This document shows positions 29,076 through 37,651 of a stretch of 46,143 nucleotides of DNA, piece after piece. The translations under genes were made by a program, and so were the position numbers. A model generated the notes under the pieces. The model had not been told where the DNA came from, made no database searches, and saw only the letters and a list, made by a program, of their open reading frames with translations. The stretch comes from Candidatus Obscuribacteraceae bacterium (GTDB lineage Bacteria; Cyanobacteriota; Vampirovibrionia; Obscuribacterales; Obscuribacteraceae): positions 1-46,143 of the forward strand of contig JBGASG010000018.1 of assembly GCA_044229845.1 (NCBI GenBank), read 5' to 3'. Each line of letters opens with the position of its first letter. Position 1 is the stretch's first letter.

Positions 29076-29503
29076 CAGGCATGCGCATCATGTTGCGCCG
29101 ATATGCACCAATTGCTCTGGTTCTGCTTGGCGCCCTCGCGCTCAGCCAGGTCGCAGCCGAGGCCCAGGGATTGATCGGTGCGCCCTGCGAAGTGCGGTAT
29201 GGTCAATCCTACGAAACAGGGATTGAATCGCTCGACTACGATACTGCATGCGGCTACTCGAATCTGGCGACCGCTATCACGATCGTCAGCGGTCTAGCGT
29301 GGTGCGCCTGGCGCAACTGGCGCACGCGCGCCATGGCACTATCGCTGCTCTGGGATTACGAGATCTCGTTTCAGCGAGTTCGCAAATTCATGTCCCGGCG
29401 GCGCTGGCAATCTGTTCTCTTCCTGCTGCTGGCGCCGCTGGTCATGCGCATCGCGTCGTTGTACTTGATCAACAATTACGGCGGACTGAGCGGCGGTCTC
29501 TGA
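28982..29503 (+). CDS. Membrane protein (array member 2)
   Basis: Strong GAGGAGG RBS; three hydrophobic segments; AQGLIGAPCE, RTRAMALSLLWDYEISF, NNYGG. Confidence 0.75.
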   Translation: MTYRLVKSIDMTEVDAKAQREPSGGSTCVRMPGMRIMLRRYAPIALVLLGALALSQVAAEAQGLIGAPCEVRYGQSYETGIESLDYDTACGYSNLATAITIVSGLAWCAWRNWRTRAMALSLLWDYEISFQRVRKFMSRRRWQSVLFLLLAPLVMRIASLYLINNYGGLSGGL

Positions 29504-29553
29504 ACCGCAGCCCAACATTCGACAGTCTCCTTTCATCTAATGGAGTGAGTACC

Positions 29554-30042
29554 TTGCGTACCCCGATTCTCATCGCCATTTTTCTTGGCAGCGCGCTCTG
29601 CTTATGTGCTTCGCTGTGCAGCCCGCGACTCGCTTCTGCTCAGGGTCTGCCTGGCTGCCCGTGCGAAGGTGGATTTGATCCTCGCCCACCGGAGCGGTTT
29701 ATTCAGAGCGATGAGCCCGAACCGACGGCAACAATTGCCGTGGTAGGCATTCCAGGTCGTTCATCGGGCGGCTACAAGACTCATGGGGTCCTCGACGCCA
29801 CCATATTCTTACTGTTTCCTTACTACGTTGTCGTCCTGCCGTTGACTGTTGTACTCGGCAGAAAATCAGTCGACACCATAAAGAAGGCTCGCAGCGAAGC
29901 ACTAGATATGGTTCTCAACTATCAACCATTTATTGACGCCCGCATGCACGTGCGCGCCGCACTGTATGAGGCTCTAGCAATCTCTTTGCTCTGGTCCGTC
30001 TTTCTCGGTCTCCCGTTCTTAATCCCGCTTTTTCATCTGTGA
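29554..30042 (+). CDS. Membrane protein (array member 3)
   Basis: Likely TTG start after GGAG; AQGLPGCPCE, KARSEALDMVLNY; three hydrophobic segments. Confidence 0.65.
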   Translation: MRTPILIAIFLGSALCLCASLCSPRLASAQGLPGCPCEGGFDPRPPERFIQSDEPEPTATIAVVGIPGRSSGGYKTHGVLDATIFLLFPYYVVVLPLTVVLGRKSVDTIKKARSEALDMVLNYQPFIDARMHVRAALYEALAISLLWSVFLGLPFLIPLFHL

Positions 30043-30048
30043 AACACT

Positions 30049-30462
30049 ATGGAATTCCTTCCCCGCATCCTCACTTTATTGATGTTAGCTTTCTCGGCTC
30101 CAACTGCGACTTTTTGCTGGTCGGTTCCTGTCCATGCACAGGCAATCGCTTGCAGCCAGCGCCCGGCGCCAGTATGTCCATCTCCGGGCAAAAAGTCGCA
30201 GGACACACCCAGGAGATCATCCTGGCGGTCATCATATCTGGTGATACTGGTCTGTCTGATCTTTTCATTCGCCTGCGAACTTATGAGTCTCGGCGTGGGC
30301 GTTTCGCAGATTCGAGCAACACGCTACCCGCTCTACCAGAACTTTCACAACCGCGCAATGCTTGTCGCATTCTGGCTGGTTCTCACCGTGGGACTGACTT
30401 GCATAACCGCCATGGGTCACGTCATGGCCGACGGCGCCCGCAATCGGAGCGGTGAGCCATGA
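30049..30462 (+). CDS. Membrane protein (array member 4)
   Basis: Signal-like N-terminus ending VHAQ; two TMs; ATGA-coupled to the next ORF. Confidence 0.6.
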   Translation: MEFLPRILTLLMLAFSAPTATFCWSVPVHAQAIACSQRPAPVCPSPGKKSQDTPRRSSWRSSYLVILVCLIFSFACELMSLGVGVSQIRATRYPLYQNFHNRAMLVAFWLVLTVGLTCITAMGHVMADGARNRSGEP

Positions 30463-30914
30463 ACGAATCATCCGGATGGGTAGCCACTATTAAAACCGCT
30501 GCTGTGTTCCTGCTCTGGAGTGCCGCTGCGCCGGCGGCCGTCATCAGCGCTGGTTTCATCTACATGGTCGCTATGGCATCAGCCCATGCCGGCGCTCTCA
30601 ATTTCTCGACCATCGCAGAATATGTCACAGCCGAACGGCTGCGCATGTATGGTGCGCACAGTTCCTGGGTCGTATGCGGTTTGATTGCTTGGTGGCATGT
30701 CGAGCGAGCGCGGCGTATGTCGCTGCGCCTTATGTTAGATCACAATGTTTCGCTGGCAGAAGCTCGTCGCTTTATCCTGACGCGAGTTTTTCAGGCCAGC
30801 ATCTTGGCAGTATGGGGGCCCGTGGCCGTAAACTTCCTGCTCGGTCAGGGGCTCCCATTTCGCCACCTGCACGACCTGTTCGAGAACACCAAGTTCAAGT
30901 GCGGGGGCGACTGA
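30459..30914 (+). CDS. Membrane protein (array member 5)
   Basis: Three hydrophobic segments; RARRMSLRLMLDHNVSLAEARR. Confidence 0.7.
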   Translation: MNESSGWVATIKTAAVFLLWSAAAPAAVISAGFIYMVAMASAHAGALNFSTIAEYVTAERLRMYGAHSSWVVCGLIAWWHVERARRMSLRLMLDHNVSLAEARRFILTRVFQASILAVWGPVAVNFLLGQGLPFRHLHDLFENTKFKCGGD

Positions 30915-31501
30915 TGTCACCGACGCAGACACGCGAACTAGTCTGGGGAGAAGTACCTAATCAGCGCATCGGTGCTGTCTGGTGCTGGACACTCATGTTT
31001 TTGATCGGTGCCTGCGTGATGGATCTGTCACACACGCCACATCTTCTGCTTGGCTGCATCTGCTTCATAGCGACGATTCTGCTCGCGTTTCTTGCCTGTC
31101 TTGCCTGGGCCGCTGCATCAATAATAGAAACGGCAGTGAAACTGACGATGTATACGAATCTGCCGGCAATATACTTCGGCGTGGTGTATTCGTTCTGGAT
31201 TGTCCACCGCGCCAGAAAAGTCTCCGTGATTCTGATGCTCGATCATGACTGGAGTTTTGCCGATTGTCGCCTGCTGATGCGACGCAAAATGCTGCACGCC
31301 CTAACCGCCCTTATAGTCACAAGTACCGTATTGACTTTCGTCCGTACGGTACTTGAGTTGTACATGGCAGCTAACTACGGCATTGCCGCAGGCTGGTTTT
31401 ATGTCGCCGGGGTCTCGCTCGGCGGTGCTTCTTTTTTCTTGCCATACTTGAAAGCGGCCCACAACATCAAAATGGTCGCCAAGACAAAGGCAATGGTGTA
31501 G
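30914..31501 (+). CDS. Membrane protein (array member 6)
   Basis: TGATG coupling; RARKVSVILMLDHDWSFADCR; ANYG; 3' end overlaps the convergent gene. Confidence 0.7.
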   Translation: MSPTQTRELVWGEVPNQRIGAVWCWTLMFLIGACVMDLSHTPHLLLGCICFIATILLAFLACLAWAAASIIETAVKLTMYTNLPAIYFGVVYSFWIVHRARKVSVILMLDHDWSFADCRLLMRRKMLHALTALIVTSTVLTFVRTVLELYMAANYGIAAGWFYVAGVSLGGASFFLPYLKAAHNIKMVAKTKAMV

Positions 31502-32862
31502 CCGATGACATGGGTCTTCACTTCGATCGCTGTTTCGTTGCCCAGATTGATCAATCCGTTGGTCAAAATCGCGGCGGCAATCATGCCCGTCGGCACCAAC
31601 AATAGATTTTCTTGTCCTGTGGTTTCGCCACGTTGGAGTGCAGGGAGAATCGTCGCTAGGAGGACGCCTGCCACCGTGGCCGATACCAACAGGCTGCTCG
31701 TCGGTTCCGCATGTAAAAAGTAGTTGGAACAGATGGCAGTCAGGAGAGTGCCGCCCACAAATACGGGGGCGAGCACTCTCTTATCTTTTACCTGATGCAT
31801 GAAGAGAGCAAACAGAGCCAACGCGAAGAAACCTGCGTACAGCGCCGCGCCGGTATAGGCATGAGTGATGTTGATACCGGTGACGTTTTGATTGTAGTTG
31901 AAGATGTAGGTCTGCAGCAGGCAGCGTGTAATCCAAAAAAGTCCTGCCAGTTGTCCGATGCCGCTGCGCGTGGCGACGAGCGCGGTGGGAGCCAACACGA
32001 TCAGCCCCATCAAACCCCAGAAGCGGGTTGCAATCAGGGTTAACACACCAACCATGATAATCACTTTAACGGCCGACGTCGGCGAGACGTAATACCGATT
32101 TTCATCGGTGGTCATCTCGAAAAGATAAGTGGCGAAGAATCCAGCGCCGACCAGAGCGGCTATCGCAGTCAGATCCATCGCCGTCAACAACTTGGTGATC
32201 ACCATAAGCACACCAAGTCCGCCGGTGGCTGACAGCATGATGCGCTTGATGAACACTTTGTCTTCGTGCAACAGCGGACGCTGAGCGCAGCGCAACAGCT
32301 GGGCGCACGAAATGACTCCCAACAGAAGCCCTTCACGTATGGGCAGGTCTTTGACATTGTTGATGCTGCGCAGCCAGCTGACACCACCCAACCAACAAAT
32401 GGCAGGCAACACGTCATCGAGCGAAGATTGTTCTGCCAGGTAGAGATTTTCGACGAACTTCCAGGTGATCAAACCGAGCAATGCTGAACCAGCCACCATC
32501 AGATAGCTGTTGTCCTCGGCTGTGGTGTACATGGTCACCGGCACTGACGCGCACAATATAAGAATGCCTCGCAGCTGCGCGGGCAGTCCGATGCGCGACA
32601 AAACAAATGCCAGCGTCATTGCTCCGATGAAGTACGGGAACGAAGCCGCGGCGTCAACTTTGAAGTGCCAGCCGATAGCATAGAGTGCGCACATAGGTGC
32701 GGCAGTAAGCAAAAATGCCGGCAACGCTTTGAGGAGGCCGGCAAATGAAAGTTGCTTGTAGAATCCATCCTTTATAAAAGGAAGCAGAAACGCGATTAAC
32801 GAACTTATGGCGAACAAAATCAGCACGCCAGACGGCATAGCAACCATAGTCAGCAGCCTCAT
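31399..32862 (-). CDS. Polytopic membrane protein of unknown function
   Basis: 487 aa, mostly hydrophobic helices (roughly 14 or more), no recognised motif. Confidence 0.8.
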   Translation of the reverse strand: MRLLTMVAMPSGVLILFAISSLIAFLLPFIKDGFYKQLSFAGLLKALPAFLLTAAPMCALYAIGWHFKVDAAASFPYFIGAMTLAFVLSRIGLPAQLRGILILCASVPVTMYTTAEDNSYLMVAGSALLGLITWKFVENLYLAEQSSLDDVLPAICWLGGVSWLRSINNVKDLPIREGLLLGVISCAQLLRCAQRPLLHEDKVFIKRIMLSATGGLGVLMVITKLLTAMDLTAIAALVGAGFFATYLFEMTTDENRYYVSPTSAVKVIIMVGVLTLIATRFWGLMGLIVLAPTALVATRSGIGQLAGLFWITRCLLQTYIFNYNQNVTGINITHAYTGAALYAGFFALALFALFMHQVKDKRVLAPVFVGGTLLTAICSNYFLHAEPTSSLLVSATVAGVLLATILPALQRGETTGQENLLLVPTGMIAAAILTNGLINLGNETAIEVKTHVIGYTIAFVLATILMLWAAFKYGKKKEAPPSETPAT

Positions 32863-32959
32863 TGGAACATGTTAGACTAGGACCAATGTAGCACAGCCGC
32901 GAGCTTGAAACTGCCATCCCACGCTAATTCTAGGTAAAGCAAGTGTTAGGAGACTGAGA

Positions 32960-33832
32960 CTGCGCAATATTCACTTTCTCCTGCTTGCAATCATCTTCGC
33001 CATTGCCGCCGTCGGCGTGCTGTCTGAAATGGCGAGTCAGGATCCTCGCGATGAAGCCCGCAAGTTTCTCACGATTGTCGGGTCCGGCAACGTCGAAAGA
33101 GCTCTGGGCGAGTTCGGCGACAACACCTGCCACTGCGCCCCTAAAGGCGGTTACACCTCGTACTTCAAGTATGAATCAGGAGTCGATCCCAACATCGCAT
33201 TCCTGCTCGGACAGAAGTTTCAGGTCAACAGCAACATTCAAGGCGTCCGCATGGCGGACAACCAACCGTTCCTTTTGCCCTGGGAGAAACCGGAAACCTT
33301 CGCAGTGGATGCCCAACTCATCTTCGACAAGAAGGAAAACGCCCCCTACTTCCTGCCGATGGACACCGCCTTCGGCGAACCAATACCGGAAGCCGAGCTT
33401 AAGAAGTTTCTTGCAGATCCCACAGAGGGAGCAATTCGAGCCTTCTCTTTACGAGTCCGCCCGACACTGAAGCCCGGCTTCATACCGGAATTCCACGCCA
33501 CGACCAAAGAAGATGTGGAGGCTGAGAAATCGGCAAAAGAGGTGCTGGCGCCGGAGATGCTCAAATATCTGCACGCCCGTGACGCCGGACCGGTTAAGCT
33601 GGACGATGGCAAGACCGTAGCCATGGAGGAATACGGCGACCAGTTGCCGCGTCTTTACTCTGCGGTGGTGCGGCTGTACATTGTGAGGCGGGGACAGATC
33701 AATCGGTGGACGATCAAAAAAGTGCAACTGCACGACGCCACATTGCTGACTAACAAAGGGGAGCGGCTGCAGGTTTTGCGCACCAAGGCACCGACACCCG
33801 CTGACCTGGAAACGCCGGGCAACAACGGTTAG
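32960..33832 (+). CDS. Membrane-anchored/exported hypothetical protein, probable CTG start
   Basis: ORF 33017..33832 extends in frame to CTG 32960, 7 nt after AGGAG; this adds the leader (M)RNIHFLLLAIIFAIAAVGV. Confidence 0.7.
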   Translation: MRNIHFLLLAIIFAIAAVGVLSEMASQDPRDEARKFLTIVGSGNVERALGEFGDNTCHCAPKGGYTSYFKYESGVDPNIAFLLGQKFQVNSNIQGVRMADNQPFLLPWEKPETFAVDAQLIFDKKENAPYFLPMDTAFGEPIPEAELKKFLADPTEGAIRAFSLRVRPTLKPGFIPEFHATTKEDVEAEKSAKEVLAPEMLKYLHARDAGPVKLDDGKTVAMEEYGDQLPRLYSAVVRLYIVRRGQINRWTIKKVQLHDATLLTNKGERLQVLRTKAPTPADLETPGNNG

Positions 33833-33840
33833 GAGAACGG

Positions 33841-34980
33841 ATGTCCGACGTCATCAAAACCAATAAACGGGTGATGTTGTCCAGCATTGCACTGGCCGTT
33901 TTGATTTCCTGTCAGGTAGCCGCCACCATCGTCCGCTTCGACGAAAAGGTGTTCGAGACCTTGCTGCAGCGGCTCGATCAGCCAGACGCGGCTCAGGTCA
34001 CCGTTTCCGCCAATACGTTGATGCCTCATTGGCTCTATTTGACTCTCGATCTTGCCACCGCCGGTGGGGTCTGCGCCGCGGCATTTTTCCTCACTTACAG
34101 ATTCGGCAAAACTGCCAGGCTGATTGTGACCATGCAACTGCTTTTGCTGACTTTGATTCTGCAGGCCGTGGTCTGGTCGTTCGTGCACATTCCCGGACAC
34201 CCGGTCAGCCTGACGGTCGCGCTCTTGTGCGGAGCAGTCTTCGGACATCTCTTCAAGAAATACGAGCGCCGCGAACTGCGTTTTGAAGCACAGTTCCATG
34301 AGATATCGGCGCGCAACCGAGAGTTGCTGGAAGCTCGGCTTCAGTTGGTGAAGCAAGACGAAATCGACAGGCGTATTCTGGCCGCCGACCTGCATGACCA
34401 GGTACTCAACGATCTCAAGCAAGTGCGGCAAGTACTGCACGACAGCAAAGAACGACTGGGCGATGATTCACACAACAAGATCGACAACTTGATGAGCAAA
34501 GCCATGACCGGAATCCGCGAAGTCATGGACAGCCTGGCGCCCTCCGATCTCGAGCACCTGGGGTTGATAGGAGCTATGGAAGAAGCGCTTGAGAAGGGCG
34601 AGTCCCGTGCGGGCTATCGCTCACGTTTCCGCAGCTCGGTCGAAGACGACGAGCTGGAGATCCTCAACATGGTTGAACAAACATTGTTATATCGATTGGT
34701 GCAGGAGTCGGTAACCAATATTTGCAAACATGCGAAAGCCGAAATTGTAAAAGGCGAGGTGTCCAAAACAGGCGACATGCTTGTCGTCCGAATTACCGAC
34801 AATGGCAAGGGCATCGATTGGGACAACTTCAGCCAGGAGTCACGCGGGTTGCGGTACATGCGGCAGCGCGCCGATCTGATCGGAGCCACAATCGCCTGGA
34901 TGCCTGGTGAAAAAGGAGTGGGAACTACCGTCGAAATCAAGCTAAACTTAGGGGCGAGAATTCAGGCTGCCACAACTTAA
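33841..34980 (+). CDS. Membrane sensor histidine kinase (HisKA_3, NarX/DesK type)
   Basis: 4 TMs; AADLHDQV, QESVTNICKHA, ITDNGKG, GLRYMRQRA, GTTV. Confidence 0.92.
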   Translation: MSDVIKTNKRVMLSSIALAVLISCQVAATIVRFDEKVFETLLQRLDQPDAAQVTVSANTLMPHWLYLTLDLATAGGVCAAAFFLTYRFGKTARLIVTMQLLLLTLILQAVVWSFVHIPGHPVSLTVALLCGAVFGHLFKKYERRELRFEAQFHEISARNRELLEARLQLVKQDEIDRRILAADLHDQVLNDLKQVRQVLHDSKERLGDDSHNKIDNLMSKAMTGIREVMDSLAPSDLEHLGLIGAMEEALEKGESRAGYRSRFRSSVEDDELEILNMVEQTLLYRLVQESVTNICKHAKAEIVKGEVSKTGDMLVVRITDNGKGIDWDNFSQESRGLRYMRQRADLIGATIAWMPGEKGVGTTVEIKLNLGARIQAATT

Positions 34981-35735
34981 TGACTACTGTTCTGATTGTT
35001 GAAGATTTGCCCGCGTTGCGCGAACACGCCGCCAAAGTGGTGAAAGAGACGCTGGGCGCCAACGTACAAATCGTTGAAGCCAATAATGGTGCCACAGGCA
35101 TCGAGATGGCCAAGAAGCACGATCCTGACATGGTGCTTCTCGATATAAACATGCCTGACATGAGCGGCGTCAAAGTCGCCGAAGCTATCTGGAAAGAGAA
35201 GCCGAATAAGAAGATCCTCTTCTGGTCTCAGTTTCACAAAGAGTCCTACGTCAGGGCCATCTCAAAAATCCTTCCCGACGAAGCCATTCATGGATATGCA
35301 CTGAAGGGCGAAGTCTCACAGAACCTGGCTTACGCAATCGATTCCGTCTTCACTCACGACAACTCGTATATCGATCCGGTCGTGCGCGGAGTGCAGGCTA
35401 AATTGCAGTCAAAAGACGGCTCATTCAACGACGTCGAGTACGAGACCCTAATAGACATAGCGGTTGGGCTGACGGACCGAGCAATCGCCAAGCGCCGCCA
35501 TATTTCGGTGCGCGGCGTGCAAAAGCGCATCTCAGCCCTGCTGGAGAAACTGTTGCACGGCGAAAATGAGTATTTAAAAGAATCCGCCGGCATGGAAGTT
35601 CTCAACCCGCGCACACGTCTTTTGTGCGTCGCGTTCAAACGGGGTCTGATTAACGCTGAAGAACTCGATGAGCCCGAAAAGAACATGTTCGAGTGGCTGG
35701 ACAAAGAGTTCTATAAGATGGGCGACGACTTCTAG
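34980..35735 (+). CDS. NarL/LuxR-family response regulator
   Basis: LIVED, LLDINMPDMSG, GYALK, GLTDRAIAKRRHIS HTH. Confidence 0.92.
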   Translation: MTTVLIVEDLPALREHAAKVVKETLGANVQIVEANNGATGIEMAKKHDPDMVLLDINMPDMSGVKVAEAIWKEKPNKKILFWSQFHKESYVRAISKILPDEAIHGYALKGEVSQNLAYAIDSVFTHDNSYIDPVVRGVQAKLQSKDGSFNDVEYETLIDIAVGLTDRAIAKRRHISVRGVQKRISALLEKLLHGENEYLKESAGMEVLNPRTRLLCVAFKRGLINAEELDEPEKNMFEWLDKEFYKMGDDF

Positions 35736-35811
35736 AGACAAAACGGCGTCGATGGCGACCGCTCCCGGCACTCTTGAGGCGTATGCCTCACAGGCTCAAC
35801 TGTTTGCGTCC

Positions 35812-35831
35812 CGGTACGTAATTACGTACCG
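35812..35831. promoter_or_regulatory. Perfect 20-bp palindrome, candidate operator
   Basis: CGGTACGTAATTACGTACCG; a second inverted repeat TGAGGC-GTAT-GCCTCA lies at 35775-35790. Confidence 0.55.
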
Positions 35832-35928
35832 AACAGGGCGTGCTTGCCTATTTCACCAGTTCGACTGAAAAGGCATCATATCCATCAACGAGCGTGTCTC
35901 GCCGCCGCAAGCAGGACAATTTACCACC

Positions 35929-36138
35929 ATGAATTTGAACAAATCACTTCAAGTCAAGGCTGAATTGAAACGTTTGCTGCACAGCTCGACTGGCTTCGTT
36001 CCCCTGCGTGAGGCAGTGGATACGAACCAATTGCGCAGACTTATGAGCACTCTCGATACTAGCCCGTCACAGTCTACGGTTCAGCACGTGGTCGCCGCAT
36101 TCTCGCGGCTCTGCCACTCTGTTGAAACGTATTACTGA
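35929..36138 (+). CDS. Small hypothetical protein (69 aa)
   Basis: AGGA RBS; amphipathic helical composition; lies downstream of the palindromes. Confidence 0.55.
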   Translation: MNLNKSLQVKAELKRLLHSSTGFVPLREAVDTNQLRRLMSTLDTSPSQSTVQHVVAAFSRLCHSVETYY

Positions 36139-36280
36139 CCTGTACCCGAAAGGAACGCGAGCCCGATCGGTTACAGGACACTCATCACTCAAGGAGGTGA
36201 CGACAGCTCAAGCCACAACGGTGGGGTCGTGGTTGAGCAACGAACCTAACTCATGAAAAGCAGCGATCTCGATGCGCGAG

Positions 36281-36310
36281 TGGCTGTCCTGTACAGGACA
36301 GCCATTTCCA
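36281..36310 (+). terminator. Perfect 24-bp palindrome, terminator-like
   Basis: TGGCTGTCCTGTACAGGACAGCCA followed by TTTCCATTTC. Confidence 0.6.
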
Positions 36311-36427
36311 TTTCAGTTTGCCTCAATTTCGACTATAATGGGCCACGCTTCGGACTGAAGCGACGCTGCACCACATTTAGTGGCATCGTCAGGCAACCCG
36401 GTGAGCGGATAAGACGAGGAAAAACAG

Positions 36428-37513
36428 ATGCCCAAAGCCAGCAAGCGTTGGTCGAGACTGGACCTGGGGACGCTGATTGCCTGCATTTCCGTCGGCATTT
36501 TCTGCGGCTGGCAGCCGGCACTGGCAGACGACGAGATCCCGTCACCGCCGCCCCTGGACGAAACAGAACCGCCGCAGTCAAAGCCCAAAACAAAGGCGAA
36601 ACCTGCAACCAAGGCGAAGTCCGAAACCAAGAAAGCGCCAGCGCCGGATTCATCAGGCGCCGTACCGCTCGCCAGTGTCTATGGTCTGACAAAAGCACTG
36701 GCGCTGCTCGGTAAAGAATTGGGCGGCAACTGGGTGCACAGCAATGATCTGCAAGAAGAAGCTCTGGCGCTGGAAGATAAACTCAAACCCGAGCTTCCTG
36801 CCATTCCAAAAGACATCATCGACGGCGCAGCGTCCGGACAGGCTAACGTTTTAAACGATTTCCTGGCAGGACACGGTTTTTCGATTAAGGTCGCACCCCT
36901 GCGCGAAGGGGAAGTCGGAGTGGTTATGACCACCGAGCTGCAAGGCAAATGGGACGGGCATGAGATAAGCCAGCTCAAGTATGCCGACGGCAAAACGTAT
37001 CCCACCTACCGGATCAACGTCACTTCCTATGACGTACCAGGGCATGTGATGCCCGTGCTGCAGATCTATCATCGAGACGACATCAAGGTTTTTGTCACGC
37101 TGCAGGAAGCGGAATTGCCCGGGTTGCAGGCCGCCAAACTGGCTGCCAAGCTGACTCCGACAGCAACCTGCCGCATCGACCAGCATATCCATGCGGCAGC
37201 CCTTCCGAAGGTAAACAAGAACACCTCAGCCGCCATCAAATGGCTGTTGGGCATGACGAACAACAAGGGCGACCGCATCATGCAAGCACTGGCTCAAACA
37301 ATGCTGCAGATGAATCAGAGCGGGTTTCGAGCAAGGGAGGCAGTGGCTCTGTCGGGGGCAAAGGATCTGGGGCTGGCGCCCGCCAACTACTACCATGTCG
37401 ACCGCCCGTTCTTGCTCTGGGCTACCAAAGACGGCTTGAGCTATCCGCTCTTCGCCACTCGCGTCGACTACGACTCATTTAAAGACCCGGGCAACTTCCT
37501 GGGCGGAAAGTAA
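36428..37513 (+). CDS. Exported divergent serpin-like protein
   Basis: Signal peptide, Pro/Lys linker, LQGKW, ALPKV, hinge-like MNQSGFRA and serpin-signature-like YHVDRPFLLWA; TATAAT at 36334. Confidence 0.6.
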   Translation: MPKASKRWSRLDLGTLIACISVGIFCGWQPALADDEIPSPPPLDETEPPQSKPKTKAKPATKAKSETKKAPAPDSSGAVPLASVYGLTKALALLGKELGGNWVHSNDLQEEALALEDKLKPELPAIPKDIIDGAASGQANVLNDFLAGHGFSIKVAPLREGEVGVVMTTELQGKWDGHEISQLKYADGKTYPTYRINVTSYDVPGHVMPVLQIYHRDDIKVFVTLQEAELPGLQAAKLAAKLTPTATCRIDQHIHAAALPKVNKNTSAAIKWLLGMTNNKGDRIMQALAQTMLQMNQSGFRAREAVALSGAKDLGLAPANYYHVDRPFLLWATKDGLSYPLFATRVDYDSFKDPGNFLGGK

Positions 37514-37651
37514 TCCTGCGCGACGGTGCAGGCGCTGCCTTTTATGAAGAGAAAATGAAGAATGCGCCAGCGCCCGCATCCTAAATCACACAGCGGGTGG
37601 GGGTTCCGCCGATCCAGCTCGGCTGCCGTTTAACGACAGATGGCTTTCTAA

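Noticed and set aside
30039..30455. Alternative frame for array member 4
   Set aside because: The 30049..30462 frame has signal/TM character and ATGA coupling to the next gene; this frame does not
36139..36180. c-di-GMP-I riboswitch or SRP RNA (CCGAAAGGAACGC resembles parts of both)
   Set aside because: Lacks the GCAAAC/GACGCAAA arrangement of c-di-GMP-I and the CAGG...AGCAG loop of SRP; kept only as an unassigned structured region
36253..36714. 153-aa ORF spanning the palindrome and the start of the serpin-like gene
   Set aside because: Crosses a terminator-like hairpin and a TATAAT box, overlaps the better-supported gene out of frame, and has an atypical composition
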